Origin: Octopus bimaculoides
Lineage: Eukaryota
Assembly (NCBI RefSeq): GCF_001194135.2
Contig: NC_068999.1
Span: forward strand, 34,415,864 to 34,479,863
Length of the DNA: 64,000 nucleotides
Direction: 5' to 3'
Position numbers and translations under genes: made by a program. Below, one piece after another: positions 25,541-39,282 of this stretch. How positions within the stretch are numbered: position 1 is the first letter of the stretch; each line of letters begins with the position of its first letter. The notes beneath the pieces are model-generated. The model made no database searches. It was not told where the DNA came from and worked only from the letters and a program-made list of their open reading frames with translations.

Positions 25541-26152
25541 AGGGATTAAAAAGAGTAACATTAAAGAAAGGTCAAAAGAAAAAGAGGAAATAATGAAATA
25601 ATGGAGGAAGTGATGAAAGGAAAAAAATTAGAAAATAACGCAAAGGAAAAAAAAAGGTATAAAGAATGACTGTAACTGACAAAAACTAAACGACAAAAGA
25701 AGATAAAAAAAGAAACGCAACAAAAACGAAGAAAATGTATCAAAATGGAGAAGACATTAAAGTAAACAACAACAATAATATGAATACAGATAAAGGTAAT
25801 GAAGAAAAGGAGGAGAAAAATGAGAAAGTGATGTAAGGAGAGGTGTTGGATGCATCCTGGGAAATCTAGCTATTCACAACAGACCTGAACAAGATGTAAC
25901 AACTGACTACAATATGGCTGCAGACATGTTGGCTTCAGTGATCTGTTAGGCATTGTTGTTTGAAACTGGCAGGATGGAGAATTTACGTAAACACAGGGGG
26001 AAACATTATAGTAACACAACATAGACACGTGTGATTACTCTGTGTATGTGTGTATTTGTATATATTTGATTTCTATGTGTATGAGTATATGTATATATAT
26101 ATATATATTTATATATATAGATATGTATGTGTATTTGATTTGTATTTGTACA

Positions 26153-26216
<64 letters not shown>

Positions 26217-27328
26217 NNNNNNNNNNNNNNNNNNNNNNNNNNNNNNNNNNNNNNNNNNNNNNNNNNNNNNNNNNNNNNNNNNNNNNNNNNNNNNNNNNNN
26301 NNNNNNNNNNNNNNNNNNNNNNNNNNNNNNNNNNNNNNNNNNNNNNNNNNNNNNNNNNNNNNNNNNNNNNNNNNNNNNNNNNNNNTATATATATATATAT
26401 GCGCACGCACATACGTATGTATTGGGGAGGTTGTAAAGATAATTAAATTTAATAAAATGGGAAGCACTTAGAATAGAAACCGATTGTTTTCTCGTAATCA
26501 ATGGATTTAAACAAAGTTAGATTAACGAAATAGCGTTCAATTTGAATCTAAACACCTCTAACAGCCACCCAAACACACCCAACATTCATCTGAACACCAC
26601 CACCACCAGCAACAACGACAACAACAACATCATCAGCTGCAAATAAAAATTAGAGAGAATTTCGTGCAGAATTAGAGAAATGAAATTAACTGTGAGAATC
26701 ATTGTTAACATACTCTTCTTCTGTTTGCTGTTGTTGTTATTGTTGTTGATGCTTATGATGATGACTTAATTGTATCTCATTCCCCTACCTTTAAAATTGG
26801 ATTAATATTTTTTTTAATATTTTATTTCTGGTATTTTTTTTCCTCTAGATTCCGTTAGTTAATTAACGAGAACATATTTCTATCTTTGTCGCAACTCAAA
26901 TACTGCCATCAACATCATTACCATCATTATCTTTGTCGTCGTCGTCATCGTCATTACCATCATGATCTATAATAACAAAACCACCACCGTGTCAATGGTG
27001 TACGTGTACAGGCGTACATACGCATATATGTATGAGTACAAACATGCACACACACACATATGTGCATTTATATATATATATGCGTTTGTATTCAGATGAC
27101 TGGTTATGTTTGTATGCATGTATATATATATACACACATACAAACGCACGTGTGTATATATATATAAATATAACCACTGTCATATGAATCTTCATTAACA
27201 TCATCATCATCATCATCATCATCACCTTCACCTATCAGGGTTTTTCCTAAATTACCTTCATTTTCTCTGAAGAGTTACACCTATTATTGTTGTTGCTGTT
27301 GTTATACTACTACTTCTACTAAAATCAT

Positions 27329-27373
<45 letters not shown>

Positions 27374-27954
27374 GTGGAAGGATTTTTCTTTATGCCCTAC
27401 CACATAGCTGTGATCCATATTGGGTTCAGCAATCCCATATGGCACGGCATAGTTATCATCCTCCACCTCATCATCATCACAACTGCATTGACCCCCACCC
27501 CACCCCCACGACCGCTTCCTCATTATCACAACTATCATTAGCACCACCATTGTCACGACGACGACGACCCCTACCCACTTCTCACACCACCATCACTATC
27601 ATGACTGCTCTACGTCGTATGATTTCTTCACGTTTTCTTGGTTGCCTGAATTTGGATTTTGCGCTTTTCGTTATTGTTGCTTTTGTTTGTTATCGCTATT
27701 ATAACTGATGTTATTGTTGTTGTTGTTGATGTTTAGTCATAGAAATCTGCTCAAGTCTCGTGTTAAATGAACAATTCTGTCGCGTGTTAGTTAAGAGACG
27801 TTTCGGTGATGACGATAACAATAATAGCAATAATACGAATAATAATGATGATGACGATGGTGATAATGATAATAAATAAAATCATATCTTTTACATTGAA
27901 GTGTATAAATGTTTGTGTAGCTGTTTTATTAATTGAATCACAACTTCGTGTGTT

Positions 27955-27997
<43 letters not shown>

Positions 27998-28640
27998 NNN
28001 NNNNNNNNNNNNNNNNNNNNNNNNNNNNNNNNNNNNNNNNNNNNNNNNNNNNNNNNNNNNNNNNNNNNNNNNNNNNNNNNNNNNNNNNNNNNNNNNNTAT
28101 ATATATACGAATACATGCATAGACGCACTACACATAATCTCACATACATAAATGTTTAAACAAATTCTCACACACATATGGGTAAAAGAAGAGGACGATG
28201 GTATGCGTACGTTTGTGTGTGTGCGTGTATGTGTGTGTGTGTGTGAATCTGTGCGAATATATGTGAATATGTATGTAGATTATTGGATGACTTGGGACTC
28301 ATAAGTATAATGAACCCTTTCCTTAGACGCACTTACAACATGAAAAGAGTCAAAAATGGTGTGGGCCAGTCAGAAGCAAGGGGAAAATATTCGTTTTATA
28401 ACAATGTATATATGCGTCTTCTATTAACTGTTGGTTCAAGAAAATACATAGTAAATGCACTCGAGCAAACTGAGTCCTCAACTTGTTCCATTTACTAAAA
28501 TATTTGCAAGGTACTAGCAGGCCTCAAGAGACACATTTGTGTTGAACATGAATACTGTTTTAATTTTACTGAACCGTCATTTATCGTTCACTACAACAGA
28601 ATCTATCATATCACACACACACACATACATGTAAATAATA

Positions 28641-28825
28641 TGTGACAATTATTCGGTAGCCATGATAAAACTCCGAGTTTCGGATGCCGGGGCGGGAACC
28701 CACGCCGCCATCTCTTCAGTTATCTGGCCATCCGATTGCCAGATAACTGAAGAGATGGCAGCGTGGGTATCCGCCCCGGCATCCGAAACTCGGAGTTTTA
28801 TCATGGCTACCGAATAATTGTCACA
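28641..28825. repeat. 185-bp near-perfect palindrome (fold-back element or MITE)
   Basis: Arms 28641-28728 and 28738-28825 (88 bp each) are reverse complements with 3 mismatches, around a 9-nt loop CATCCGATT. Confidence 0.95.
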
Positions 28826-29259
28826 TTATATACAGATAAATTCCTCTATCTACATAATATCGAGGTCTCTTTCTTTCTTTTGTTGTCTTACCTTTCTCTC
28901 AATATATAGTGGGAAAATGTTATAAATTATTTCTTTCTATTGACTGATGCTTCAAATGAGAGGTAAACGTTTACCTAAAAGTATTATAATTTAGAATGGT
29001 GTCCTGTAATGTCTTGCTTTAAACATGAGACAAGATTACGATGATTTGTCTTGTGCAGAATCCTATACCGAAAACCGTAGCCCGACGTGGACTAAACATT
29101 GTCGTATATGATTTTAGACTTATTGCTGCAAAGGCATCGTGACAGTTACCAAATATTTATCAGGAAATAGGGAAATCCCCATAATCATAAGGAATTGTGA
29201 ATTATTAAAATAATAGCCAGAAGATACCAATAATATAGGCACTGCTCATATATTAGTCT

Positions 29260-29425
29260 CAAATTTTGGCACAAGGCCAGCAGTTTTGGGGAAGGGAATA
29301 AGGCGAATAGACCAGCCTCAATGCTTAAATGGTATTTATTTTATGAATCCTGAAAGAATGAAAGCGGACGAAATGTCCGTAAGCATTTTGCCCGGCATGC
29401 TAATGATTCTGCCAGCTGGCCGCCA
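29260..29425 (-). mobile_element. SINE family A, deleted
   Basis: CAAATTTTGGCACAAGGCCAG...GGACGAAATG...AAGCATTTTGCCCGGCATGCTAATGATTCTGCCAGCT. Confidence 0.8.
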
Positions 29426-29759
29426 AGCACTGCACATATATTACATCGTGTATCTCATTCAACACACAGAAAGTGGTACAACTAGGCGCTACACATATTA
29501 TTTAGAGTACCAGAGTACCTAAACACATATACAGCACACACACAGCATACAGAATGCACTAACAGATCCACGGCAGCAGCCAAGCGAATATCATCTGGTA
29601 GGTTGCACCACGCTTTCACTAATTGTTTTAGGTGCCTATGTTGTCACGAATAGAGACATTCTTTGGTCCCTCCGACTCTAGACAAAGCGTACGTCTCGGA
29701 TGTGAGAGGTGTAGGGAAAGAAGGCTACACTAACATTCTGCTGTTATATTCAACTCATT

Positions 29760-29880
29760 AGACTGGGGCAGCGTGAAAAGAAGCGCCTTGCTAAAGAAGA
29801 CGTTGTGTCACTCAGTCCAGGTGCCACAAATATGATCTTTGGATCGTCATCGTCAGTCTGGTATTCTAACACGAAGTTAC
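29760..29880 (-). mobile_element. Degenerate fragment of a further SINE family
   Basis: GACTGGGGCAGCGTGAAAAGAAGCGCCTTGCTAAAG resembles the reverse complement of a CTTGAGCAAGACACTTCATTTCACGTTGCTCCAGTC-type SINE body (from memory). Confidence 0.4.
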
Positions 29881-30074
29881 ACTCCTTTACTAACAGTTAC
29901 TGCAGATATATTATATACACGCCTTTTACATAACTTGCAGAAAATAGCACTACCACGAACTATATATTACGTTGAAGGGGAAAATACGTCTCCAAACACA
30001 TAGAACTGCCTTCAGTTGTGCTGTGAAAGCATGCACTAACGAAATTAAGACTAATGAAATAATAATGATTTCAA

Positions 30075-30255
30075 ATTTCAGGTGAGGAGGTAAGTCGATT
30101 ACATCGACTCCAGTGCTCAACTGGGTACTTATTTAATCGATTCCAATCGGATGAAAGCAAAGTCAGCTCCGGTGGCATTAGAACTCAGAACGTAAAGACG
30201 GACGAAATGTCGCTAAGCATTTTACCCTGCGTGCAAGCGATTCTGCCACCTCCTC
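30075..30255 (-). mobile_element. SINE family A
   Basis: GTCGATTACATCGACTCCAGTGCTCAACTGG...GAACTCAGAACGTAAAGACGGACGAAATGTCGCTAAGCATTT...GATTCTGCCA. Confidence 0.85.
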
Positions 30256-31149
30256 ACCTTAACAACAACAACATCAGCAGCAGTAACAATTCCTTATAAA
30301 TGTTAGTATTGGTTATCTTTTATACTATTTTGCATCATAATATACACAATAAAGATATAAAAGAATCCAATTCTCTATCACATATTTTATATTCAGCCCT
30401 CATTTACCATCTTTATTATCATTCTTCCTACATCCTCATCATAGTTATCTCCCTCTCTACTCTCTATTTTTTCTTGTTCTTTGTTTTTACAATGAACAAT
30501 AATTTAGAGTGAAGCAAACAAACAAACAAACAAACAAATGCTGCCTAGGAGTTTTAAGCGATTTATGTGAAAGTACCCAATGGCTGATACATGCTTCAAT
30601 TTATTTGTGAGAGTTTCGTATCGTATAACCAAAACATACATCAACATCTCCTCTGCACAAAGTGAGTCTGCTAGCTAATGAGCCGGTGTGTGTGTGTGTG
30701 TGTGTGTGTGCGCGTGTGCATACCTGAGTTGTTTGTACACCCGCTTGCAGAGTTTATCATTGTATAATGTCGATACCGGTTATTCTTAATCTTAAGGTAA
30801 TTTCTTCCTGAATTGTGGGTGAGGAACTTCAGGTAAAATTTGGAGATTCCAGTGACGCATTTGCTTATAGTTTGAGAAAATTCTTTATTATTACTCAGTT
30901 TTCGCTAGATTCATTTTATCTTAATTTTGATTTTAAAAATTAGTATAAAGATGCAAAGATTATGTAATAGCGTTGTATACTAGATTATATACTATTATAT
31001 GTGACAATATTATATGTGATACCGAAATAAAGTCTGAGAAAAATGTTGCAGTAGGTCTTACACATAGTATTCATCCTACTAAGTTTTCTTTCTATATCCA
31101 AAAACTTGCACATCACACAACAAAGCAAACAAAAATGTGAGCCATTGCA

Positions 31150-31320
31150 CATTGCAAGGTGGCAAGTTGGCAGAATCGCTCCACATCGAACGAAAAGCTT
31201 AGTGGTATTTCTTCCAGTTTTACATTCCACATTTAAATTCTGCCAAATTCGACTGTCACCCCTTTGGTGTCGATGAAATAAGGACTAGTTGAGCACTGGA
31301 GTCGATGTAATCGACAAACT
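31150..31320 (+). mobile_element. SINE family A, running into an assembly gap
   Basis: GGTGGCAAGTTGGCAGAATCG...GTCGATGAAATAAGGACTAGTTGAGCACTGGAGTCGATGTAATCGAC. Confidence 0.75.
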
Positions 31321-31842
31321 TTCATATATATNNNNNNNNNNNNNNNNNNNNNNNNNNNNNNNNNNNNNNNNNNNNNNNNNNNNNNNNNNNNNNNNNNNNN
31401 NNNNNNNNNNNNNNNNNNNNNNNNNNNNNNNNNNNNNNNNNNNNNNNNNNNNNNNNNNNNNNNNNNNNNNNNNNNNNNNNNNNNNNNNNNNNNNNNNNNN
31501 NNNNNNNNNNNNNNNNNNNNNNNNNNNNNNNNNNNNNNNNNNNNNNNNNNNNNNNNNNNNNNNNNNNNNNNNNNNNNNNNNNNNNNNNNNNNNNNNNNNN
31601 NNNNNNNNNNNNNNNNNNNNNNNNNNNNNNNNNNNNNNNNNNNNNNNNNNNNNNNNNNNNNNNNNNNNNNNNNNNNNNNNNNNNNNNNNNNNNNNNNNNN
31701 NNNNNNNNNNNNNNNNNNNNNNNNNNNNNNNNNNNNNNNNNNNNNNNNNNNNNNNNNNNNNNNNNNNNNNNNNNNNNNNNNNNNNNNNNNNNNNNNNNNN
31801 NNNNNNNNNNNNNNNNNNNNNNNNNNNNNNNNNNNNNNNNNN

Positions 31843-31885
<43 letters not shown>

Positions 31886-33228
31886 CACACACACACACAC
31901 ACACGGTCAATGCCTCCAGACAAATACACTATATACAAAAACTAGATTGTATCAACAAATTAAACTTGCACAGGCAAGTAATTATTAAAAATCCTTTAAT
32001 GAAGAAATTATATTATCTGCACCTTTTTTTTCTCTCTCTAATCGCGATCCAAACACATCTTTATCTGCTACACCGCGTCACCCTTAAAATGTCTTCAACC
32101 CATCTACTTCACTACCGCCGTTCTATGGAATTACTCCTCTTTACTGATGTCTTCTCTGCAATAGATGGACCAGTCCTTTACCTGTGTCTTCAAAGTCAGT
32201 CCATCAGTACCAGTTATATACTAGGGTGTATTCATTTGATTATGGTTTTCCGCATTACAAACTGCTCTTGCGTATGTATTGTATATAATGCACTGGAATC
32301 ATGGTAATTAAATGGCAGTTTGTGAGTCGGCGTGCATATGTATGTATGTATGTATGTATATGTTTATCTGTGATTTGAGCCCTGTTTGTGCGTATAACGT
32401 GTTAATATGTATCTATGCACGTTTCGTTTACTTGTTCTTTTCTTTTCTTTGCGTGTACATATATTTGTGTATATGCAAAGGTGAACACTAGTGCTTGCGC
32501 TCAATGCGCGCGCGCGCGTGCATGCGTGTGTGCGTATGTGTGTCTGTTCGTGTAAAGAAATTTAGCGAATATCTTCATTAGCAAGTGAAAGAGCTAAAAC
32601 GGAGCTAAACAAAGCACACAGTGTGAACGCAACACGAAGCATTGTTTGTTTCATCAACATCATCATCATGATCATCAATCATAACCATCATCACTCTTAT
32701 TATCCCCCCACACCACCCCCACCACCACGACCAATCACCATAACTGTTTTTCTCACTCTCACACCATCTTATTTATCATTCCACAAGCCAAACATAGCAC
32801 GCTGTTTCGACGCAACACGAACTATTGTTTGTATCATTACCACTATCATCATCATCAACATCATCATCTTCATTCTAGTTACCATCAGCATGTAATTCCT
32901 CCTCCTCCTCATCATCATCATCATCACCATTATCATCATGCTCAACACGATTGGTGGAACGTGTCAAACACCACACAACTGTTTTGATTCCCCTCTTATA
33001 AAGAATACAGAAAACAATTCTTTCTATTATTTCTTTTTAATTCTCCTTCTTCTCCTCCTCCTTCTTTGCCGCACTCACTCTCCACTCCCTTCTGCTTCAA
33101 AAGACGTTTTAAACAAAGCGAGAAATAACGGCATAATAAAGACAGTAAAGTGACAACTTCCATGAATGTTCGTATCTATACTTTTATATACACATCTATA
33201 TACGTATATCACACACACAAATATGTAC

Positions 33229-33264
<36 letters not shown>

Positions 33265-34029
33265 NNNNNNNNNNNNNNNNNNNNNNNNNNNNNNNNNNNN
33301 NNNNNNNNNNNNNNNNNNNNNNNNNNNNNNNNNNNNNNNNNNNNNNNNNNNNNNNNNNNNNNNNNNNNNNNNNNNNNNNNNNNNNNNNNNNNNNNNNNNN
33401 NNNNNNNNNNNNNNNNNNNNNNNNNNNNNNNNNNNNNNNNNNNNNNNNNNNNNNNNNNNNNNNNNNNNNNNNNNNNNNNNNNNNNNNNNNNNNNNNNNNN
33501 NNNNNNNNNNNNNNNNNNNNNNNNNNNNNNNNNNNNNNNNNNNNNNNNNNNNNNNNNNNNNNNNNNNNNNNNNNNNNNNNNNNNNNNNNNNNNNNNNNNN
33601 NNNNNNNNNNNNNNNNNNNNNNNNNNNNNNNNNNNNNNNNNNNNNNNNNNNNNNNNNNNNNNNNNNNNNNNNNNNNNNNNNNNNNNNNNNNNNNNNNNNN
33701 NNNNNNNNNNNNNNNNNNNNNNNNNNNNNNNNNNNNNNNNNNNNNNNNNNNNNNNNNNNNNNNNNNNNNNNNNNNNNNNNNNNNNNNNNNNNNNNNNNNN
33801 NNNNNNNNNNNNNNNNNNNNNNNNNNNNNNNNNNNNNNNNNNNNNNNNNNNNNNNNNNNNNNNNNNNNNNNNNNNNNNNNNNNNAACAATACCCATTCTT
33901 TCTATTGTTATGTGTGCATATTCTTTTCAAAAACGAACATAATATATTAATAAGGCTTTCATTTCTTTATGAATTAGCAAGAATACAGGAAAAAGCATAG
34001 GTATGTATTCATATATGTATGTGTGTGTG

Positions 34030-34082
<53 letters not shown>

Positions 34083-34377
34083 TGTTGTGTCTGGGGAGAG
34101 TCATTTTCTTTTACCTTAACAAACTCGCCGGTAAAATTTCCACTCATTTACTTATTTATTTTTCAAAGGAAACAGTTTCAGCACTAACACCACCCTAAGT
34201 TCATTCACTCAAATCTTAAGTACTTTTATAGCTATCCAAGATCTGCAGTAACGGCTCGACTAAGTTTCGCAAAAGACGACTAAGTTTCATTAATTTAAAT
34301 TTATCAATGTTTCTGGTTTATCTCCTCTGCCTCTTTCTAATCAGAATTAGTAATTTAGATAATAACTGAATCAATAA

Positions 34378-34736
34378 ATCACATGTTTCCGGGTTCAGTC
34401 CCACTGCGTGACACCTTGGGCAAGTGTCTCTACTATAGCCTCGGCTCGACCAATGCCTTGTGAGTGAATTTGGTAGACGGAAACTGGAAGAAGCACGTCG
34501 TGTGTGTATATATATATATATATGAGTGTGTGTGTATCTGTACTTTCCCCTCACCATCGATTGGCAACCGATGGTGGTGTGTTTATGTCGCCATAACTTA
34601 GCGGTTCGGCAAAAGAGACCGATAGAAAAAGTACTAGGCTTACAAAGAATAAGTCTTTGGGGTCGATTTCTTCGACTAAAACCCTTTGAGGCGGTGTTCC
34701 AGCATGGGCATAGTTAAATGACTGAAACAATGAAAA

Positions 34737-34740
<4 letters not shown>
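34378..34740 (+). mobile_element. SINE family B
   Basis: CCGGGTTCAGTCCCACTGCGTGACACCTTGGGCAAGTG...ATAACTTAGCGGTTCGGCAAAAGAGACCGATAG...GACTGAAACAA. Confidence 0.9.
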
Positions 34741-34772
<32 letters not shown>

Positions 34773-35428
34773 TGCTTATATGTATGTATGCATGTATGTA
34801 ATGGGAACAGATATACATACACGTGTATGTGTGTGTATATATATATGTGTGTGCGTGTGTGTATGTGCATATGCACACAAAATGTATGTAATTATTTAAA
34901 CCGGTGAACATGTAGGATAACATAAATTTCCATATGTCATAATTTACACTGCTACTAAGACCATACCATCAACCCCACCACCACTCATAATAATAATAAA
35001 AATCATAACAACAACTACACGCTTCCTATATATTTTAAGGGGATGTAATGCCACGGTATTTTATATTTTATTCTTGGTTTATTTATTTATTGTTTTGTTT
35101 TTCTGAAATATCTCTGAGAATAGAAAGCGTTATTTAGACCAATATTTCTCTTGCTTTAAATGCTATTAGTCATAAAACGATTTTGAGTATCATAATGGCT
35201 TTAGCAGAAACAGATGATGAAGTAGGAGGAGAAGAAAGAAGAGGATGAGTTGGGAAAGGGGAGAGGAGAGAGGAGAGAGGAAATATGAAAGAGTAAGAGA
35301 AAATGAAGTACGACGAAGAAGACAGAAAAAGAAAAGTATATTCCAATGATAGAAAAAAGAAAAAAAAATGAGGTGGAAAGGACAAAAAAGAAAAGAAGCT
35401 AAATGTTAAAGAGGAAGGAAGGAAGGAT

Positions 35429-35506
35429 GAAGAAGAAGAAGAAGAAGAAGAAGAAGAAGAAGAAGAAGAAGAAGAAGAAGAAGAAGAAGAAGAAGAAGAA
35501 GAAGAA
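35429..35506. repeat. (GAA)26 microsatellite
   Basis: Read directly from the sequence. Confidence 0.95.
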
Positions 35507-36664
35507 AGTAAGACAAGAAACGAAAGAGAATAATGAATAAGAGTGAAGTAGAAAGAAGAAATTTACGAATTAGAAAGAAATATGCCAAAAACGATTTTTA
35601 TGAAAATGAAGAAAAGAGTAAAAAGAAGCTGAAGAAGAAAAATGAGCAAATAATAAAAAAAGCAAACAAACAAAAATGATGAAGAATTAGTAGGGACCAA
35701 AAAAAGATAGAAAATGAAGAAACACTCTCAAATGGTGATTAGTTCGGTTTGGGGAATGAGAAGTGTAGAGGGTAGCAGTGAAGGAGGAGGTGGTGACGGT
35801 GGAGGTTATAAAAGTTTTGAGCAAGAAAAGAGACAAAAAGTTCAAGTTTGGTGGCGAGATGCGGCTGTTCGCAAGATGAGTGGGGCTTGGCAGAGTGAAA
35901 AACGTTTCTAAAATTTTAAGTAGGGAATCTGTTTTATTAAGGCATATAAACTCCCCCAAACAATGTCATATAATTTATAGTATATGACAGAAGAAGGGAC
36001 ATACCCAAACCGTAAAAATTCCACCCTATTTCTTTGATTTTTGTCGTTTTTTTCTTTACCAACTTGGCTTAATTTACTGTGTGTCGTACACTTTATATTC
36101 TCGTCTTTGGGAGCAAATGCCCATATGTGTGTCTGTGCTTTTTACTATCGGGTGTTAGTTGGGTGTCATTCGTTGTTATTGCTGCTATTGTTTAACCCTT
36201 GCCTTATCCATCCTGTCTTTTTGTATGTAAGGGGCGATATAATGTAAAGTGTCTATATCTTCCCCCTTTTACAGACTGTATTTAGTTGCTGTTTTAACTC
36301 CAGATCAACCATCACTCAGAACGTCTATGATCAAAAGTCTTCCAACCGTGACAATCCCATCTTTTTTCATACACTTCGTACTTAGCACTGCAGTGTGTAA
36401 AGGTTTTGTTCTTTAAAATTTATTATGAAACCGGAAGATTTGGCTTCTGTTTCTAGCAAGTCAAATAACCCTGTACAAGTCACTTGTACAGGGTAATTTG
36501 CCTATTAATACTATTGATAGCGATGATGTGACGCCCGCCAACTTAGTGATTGTGGAGAATCGCTGCTTTGTATTGTACCTTATATTGTGTCAAACCAATT
36601 TAGCCTGAGACGTTAAGCATAGGTTCGCCGAATACTCAGCCATGCTCACTAGTGAAAATTAAAA

Positions 36665-37035
36665 GTGACTGTGTGGTAAGAATCACGTGATTCTTGGTTC
36701 AGTCCTATTGCGTGGCACGTTGGGCAAGTGTCTCCTGTAACTTCGGTCAACCAAAGCCCCTGTAAGTGAATTTGGTAGACGGAGACTGACAGAAGCTCTT
36801 TGTATATGTATGTATATATCTATGTGTGAGTGTCTGTGTTTGTCCCCCAAAACTGCTTGACAACTGGTGTTGGTGTGTTTACGTCACCGTAACTTAGCAA
36901 GTCGGCAGAAGAGATCGACAGAATAAGTACCAGGCTTTAAAATTGTCCTAGAGCTGATTCATTCAACTAAAAAGTCTGCAGGGCGGTGCCTCAGCATGGC
37001 CGCAGTCTAATGACTGAAACAAGAAATAAAAGATA
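36665..37035 (+). mobile_element. SINE family B
   Basis: GACTGTGTGGTAAG...GCGTGGCACGTTGGGCAAGTG...CAGCATGGCCGCAGTCTAATGACTGAAACAAG. Confidence 0.9.
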
Positions 37036-39201
37036 AAAAAAAAAACAACAATTTAGTTGAAGAGCTGAAAGCACATGGTCGAGACTGACGGAAATCTATC
37101 ACAGTAACGATTGCTGACCGCAGAACAAAATGCAGCCATTTATCAAACGTTCTTATAAGCGAAGCCAAAATTGCGGTTTCAGTCCCTGGCAGAGGAATAA
37201 TTCAGTTTTCCGCTCCTTCCCGTCAATAATCCATTCCCTGGTATCGGCTGCACAGCCTTTTCAAATTTCTCGCACCCTTCTGAAACGGAAGCCATTTTGT
37301 GCCGTCGTGAAGAAAACAGCATTGTTTTTTTTTCCTATCGTTGTTGTAGTTGTAATTTTTATATTCATTTTACACTTTCGTAAGATTAAGGAGTGTAGTG
37401 TTTTGTTTGATCTATTTTTAGGTTGTAGTGGAGAGGAAACTTATTATAGTGAAGTGAACTATTTTCTCCTGACTTTTGCATTAGATGAAAATGGTGATGA
37501 TGACTATGATAATTATGGAGATTGGGAGGAAGACATCGATGGCCATAGTAATTAACAAAATTGGCACAAGACCACAGACATTTTTAACATAAGAAGGACA
37601 CAACCGTTTATATATCGATCTCACTTCTTGTTGGAAATTCATTTGATTTACCGAAGAAAAATACTAGATAAAATCGTCCCTGGTAGGTGGGATTTAAACT
37701 CATCACGCGAAAAGAGATGTAAATAAACAGTGCAGATTTCTTACCACCATCTACCAATTTAATATAACACTCACTTGACACACTGCAACAAATAGATAAC
37801 ACATTCATGTTCGTTCAAACCATCACCAGACCATATAATAACCACCAGAGCACTAGAGACAATCACGAACGCCTTATTATTATCATTATTATTATTACTA
37901 TTGCATTACTGAAAACTAGGTCTCTGGATGAGTTACATATTCACCAGAATTATTTTTCGTCTTTTCGTATTCATTTTTCGTTGATTGTGTGACCTTTCTT
38001 ATAAATGAATACCGAAGGCTAAGTGTTTTAATAAGAAGTGATGCGATCATCAGGTTAATCTAACAATGATTGATACTGTGCCTGATACATTTGATATTTG
38101 TGCCAGCCTGATACATTTGACATTTGTGCCATTTTGTTTTTACTCTTAGGTTAGTCCTGACTTAGCAGGCTTATAATGAAAAGCGTTCCAACCGTAGCCA
38201 TCAAATTAATGTGTCCTTCCCATTTCAAGACACGAGCGTGTAATTTTAGAAAGGTTGGCTAAAATACTAAGCTTTGACTGAACAGGTCTATGCTCAAACG
38301 CATTCCAGCTGTGACTACTCCACCTTTTTTCTACGCATGCTGCATTTCTACAACATTATTACCCGGTATGTGTCATTCCTTTGAAGTAGACACTGTGTAC
38401 TTCGGGAAGTATAGGCTATTGTTTCAGCGTCACGAATGACTCCATGGAAGATCCTTCTCGAAAAAAATTACCCATACCATTTCTAAGCTATGTAGGATAA
38501 AGTCAGAGGAGCATTGTTTTAAGCAGAACACGTGGAAAAGATTGCAGGTGTGAGGTATAAGTTATTTCATCGTATCAGCATTAACCATAACACAATTAAC
38601 CTTAGCATACAAACTAAAGAGCATCGTGAAATTAGAAAAGACTGATGATCGCATCTTATTGCACTGAAACACCAGCCTGAGGAATATTATATATCAAATA
38701 TTGCAAATATTCATAAAGGAAATACGAATAACAGATAATAAAGTTAGCAAACTGTTGTTTTTAACGCGGAATTAACCCAATGAAAAAAATCTTCTCACTA
38801 GTGTATACACACAGACCATAGATATATGTGTATATGCGAAGCATAAAGGAAAAGAGAAAGAAATCGGGAGAGTAGACGCACAACTTTATAACCATGTAAA
38901 GCGTGCATATCATTGTTGAGTGTAAAAATGATGAAAAGAAAATGTTCCTGGGTAAGAGTTGGATTTGCGCAGATACGTATCTTTCTAGCTCACTGTGTAT
39001 TATCATAGATGTATAGGTCGGTGTGTTAAGCCCCTTGTGTGAGTATGCAGGTACATTTATGTATATGTCAGTTTGACAGAATAATATGACCCTAGCAGCA
39101 GCAGCAGCAACAACAACAACATTAAACATTGTAGAGGTGTAAAAATAAATAGACAGAGGAAACTAAAAAGATGCAGTAAAAGTAAAAGATAAATGGAAAG
39201 A

Positions 39202-39282
39202 GAAGAAGAAGAAGAAGAAGAAGAAGAAGAAGAAGAAGAAGAAGAAGAAGAAGAAGAAGAAGAAGAAGAAGAAGAAGAAGAA
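39202..39282. repeat. (GAA)27 microsatellite
   Basis: Read directly from the sequence. Confidence 0.95.
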
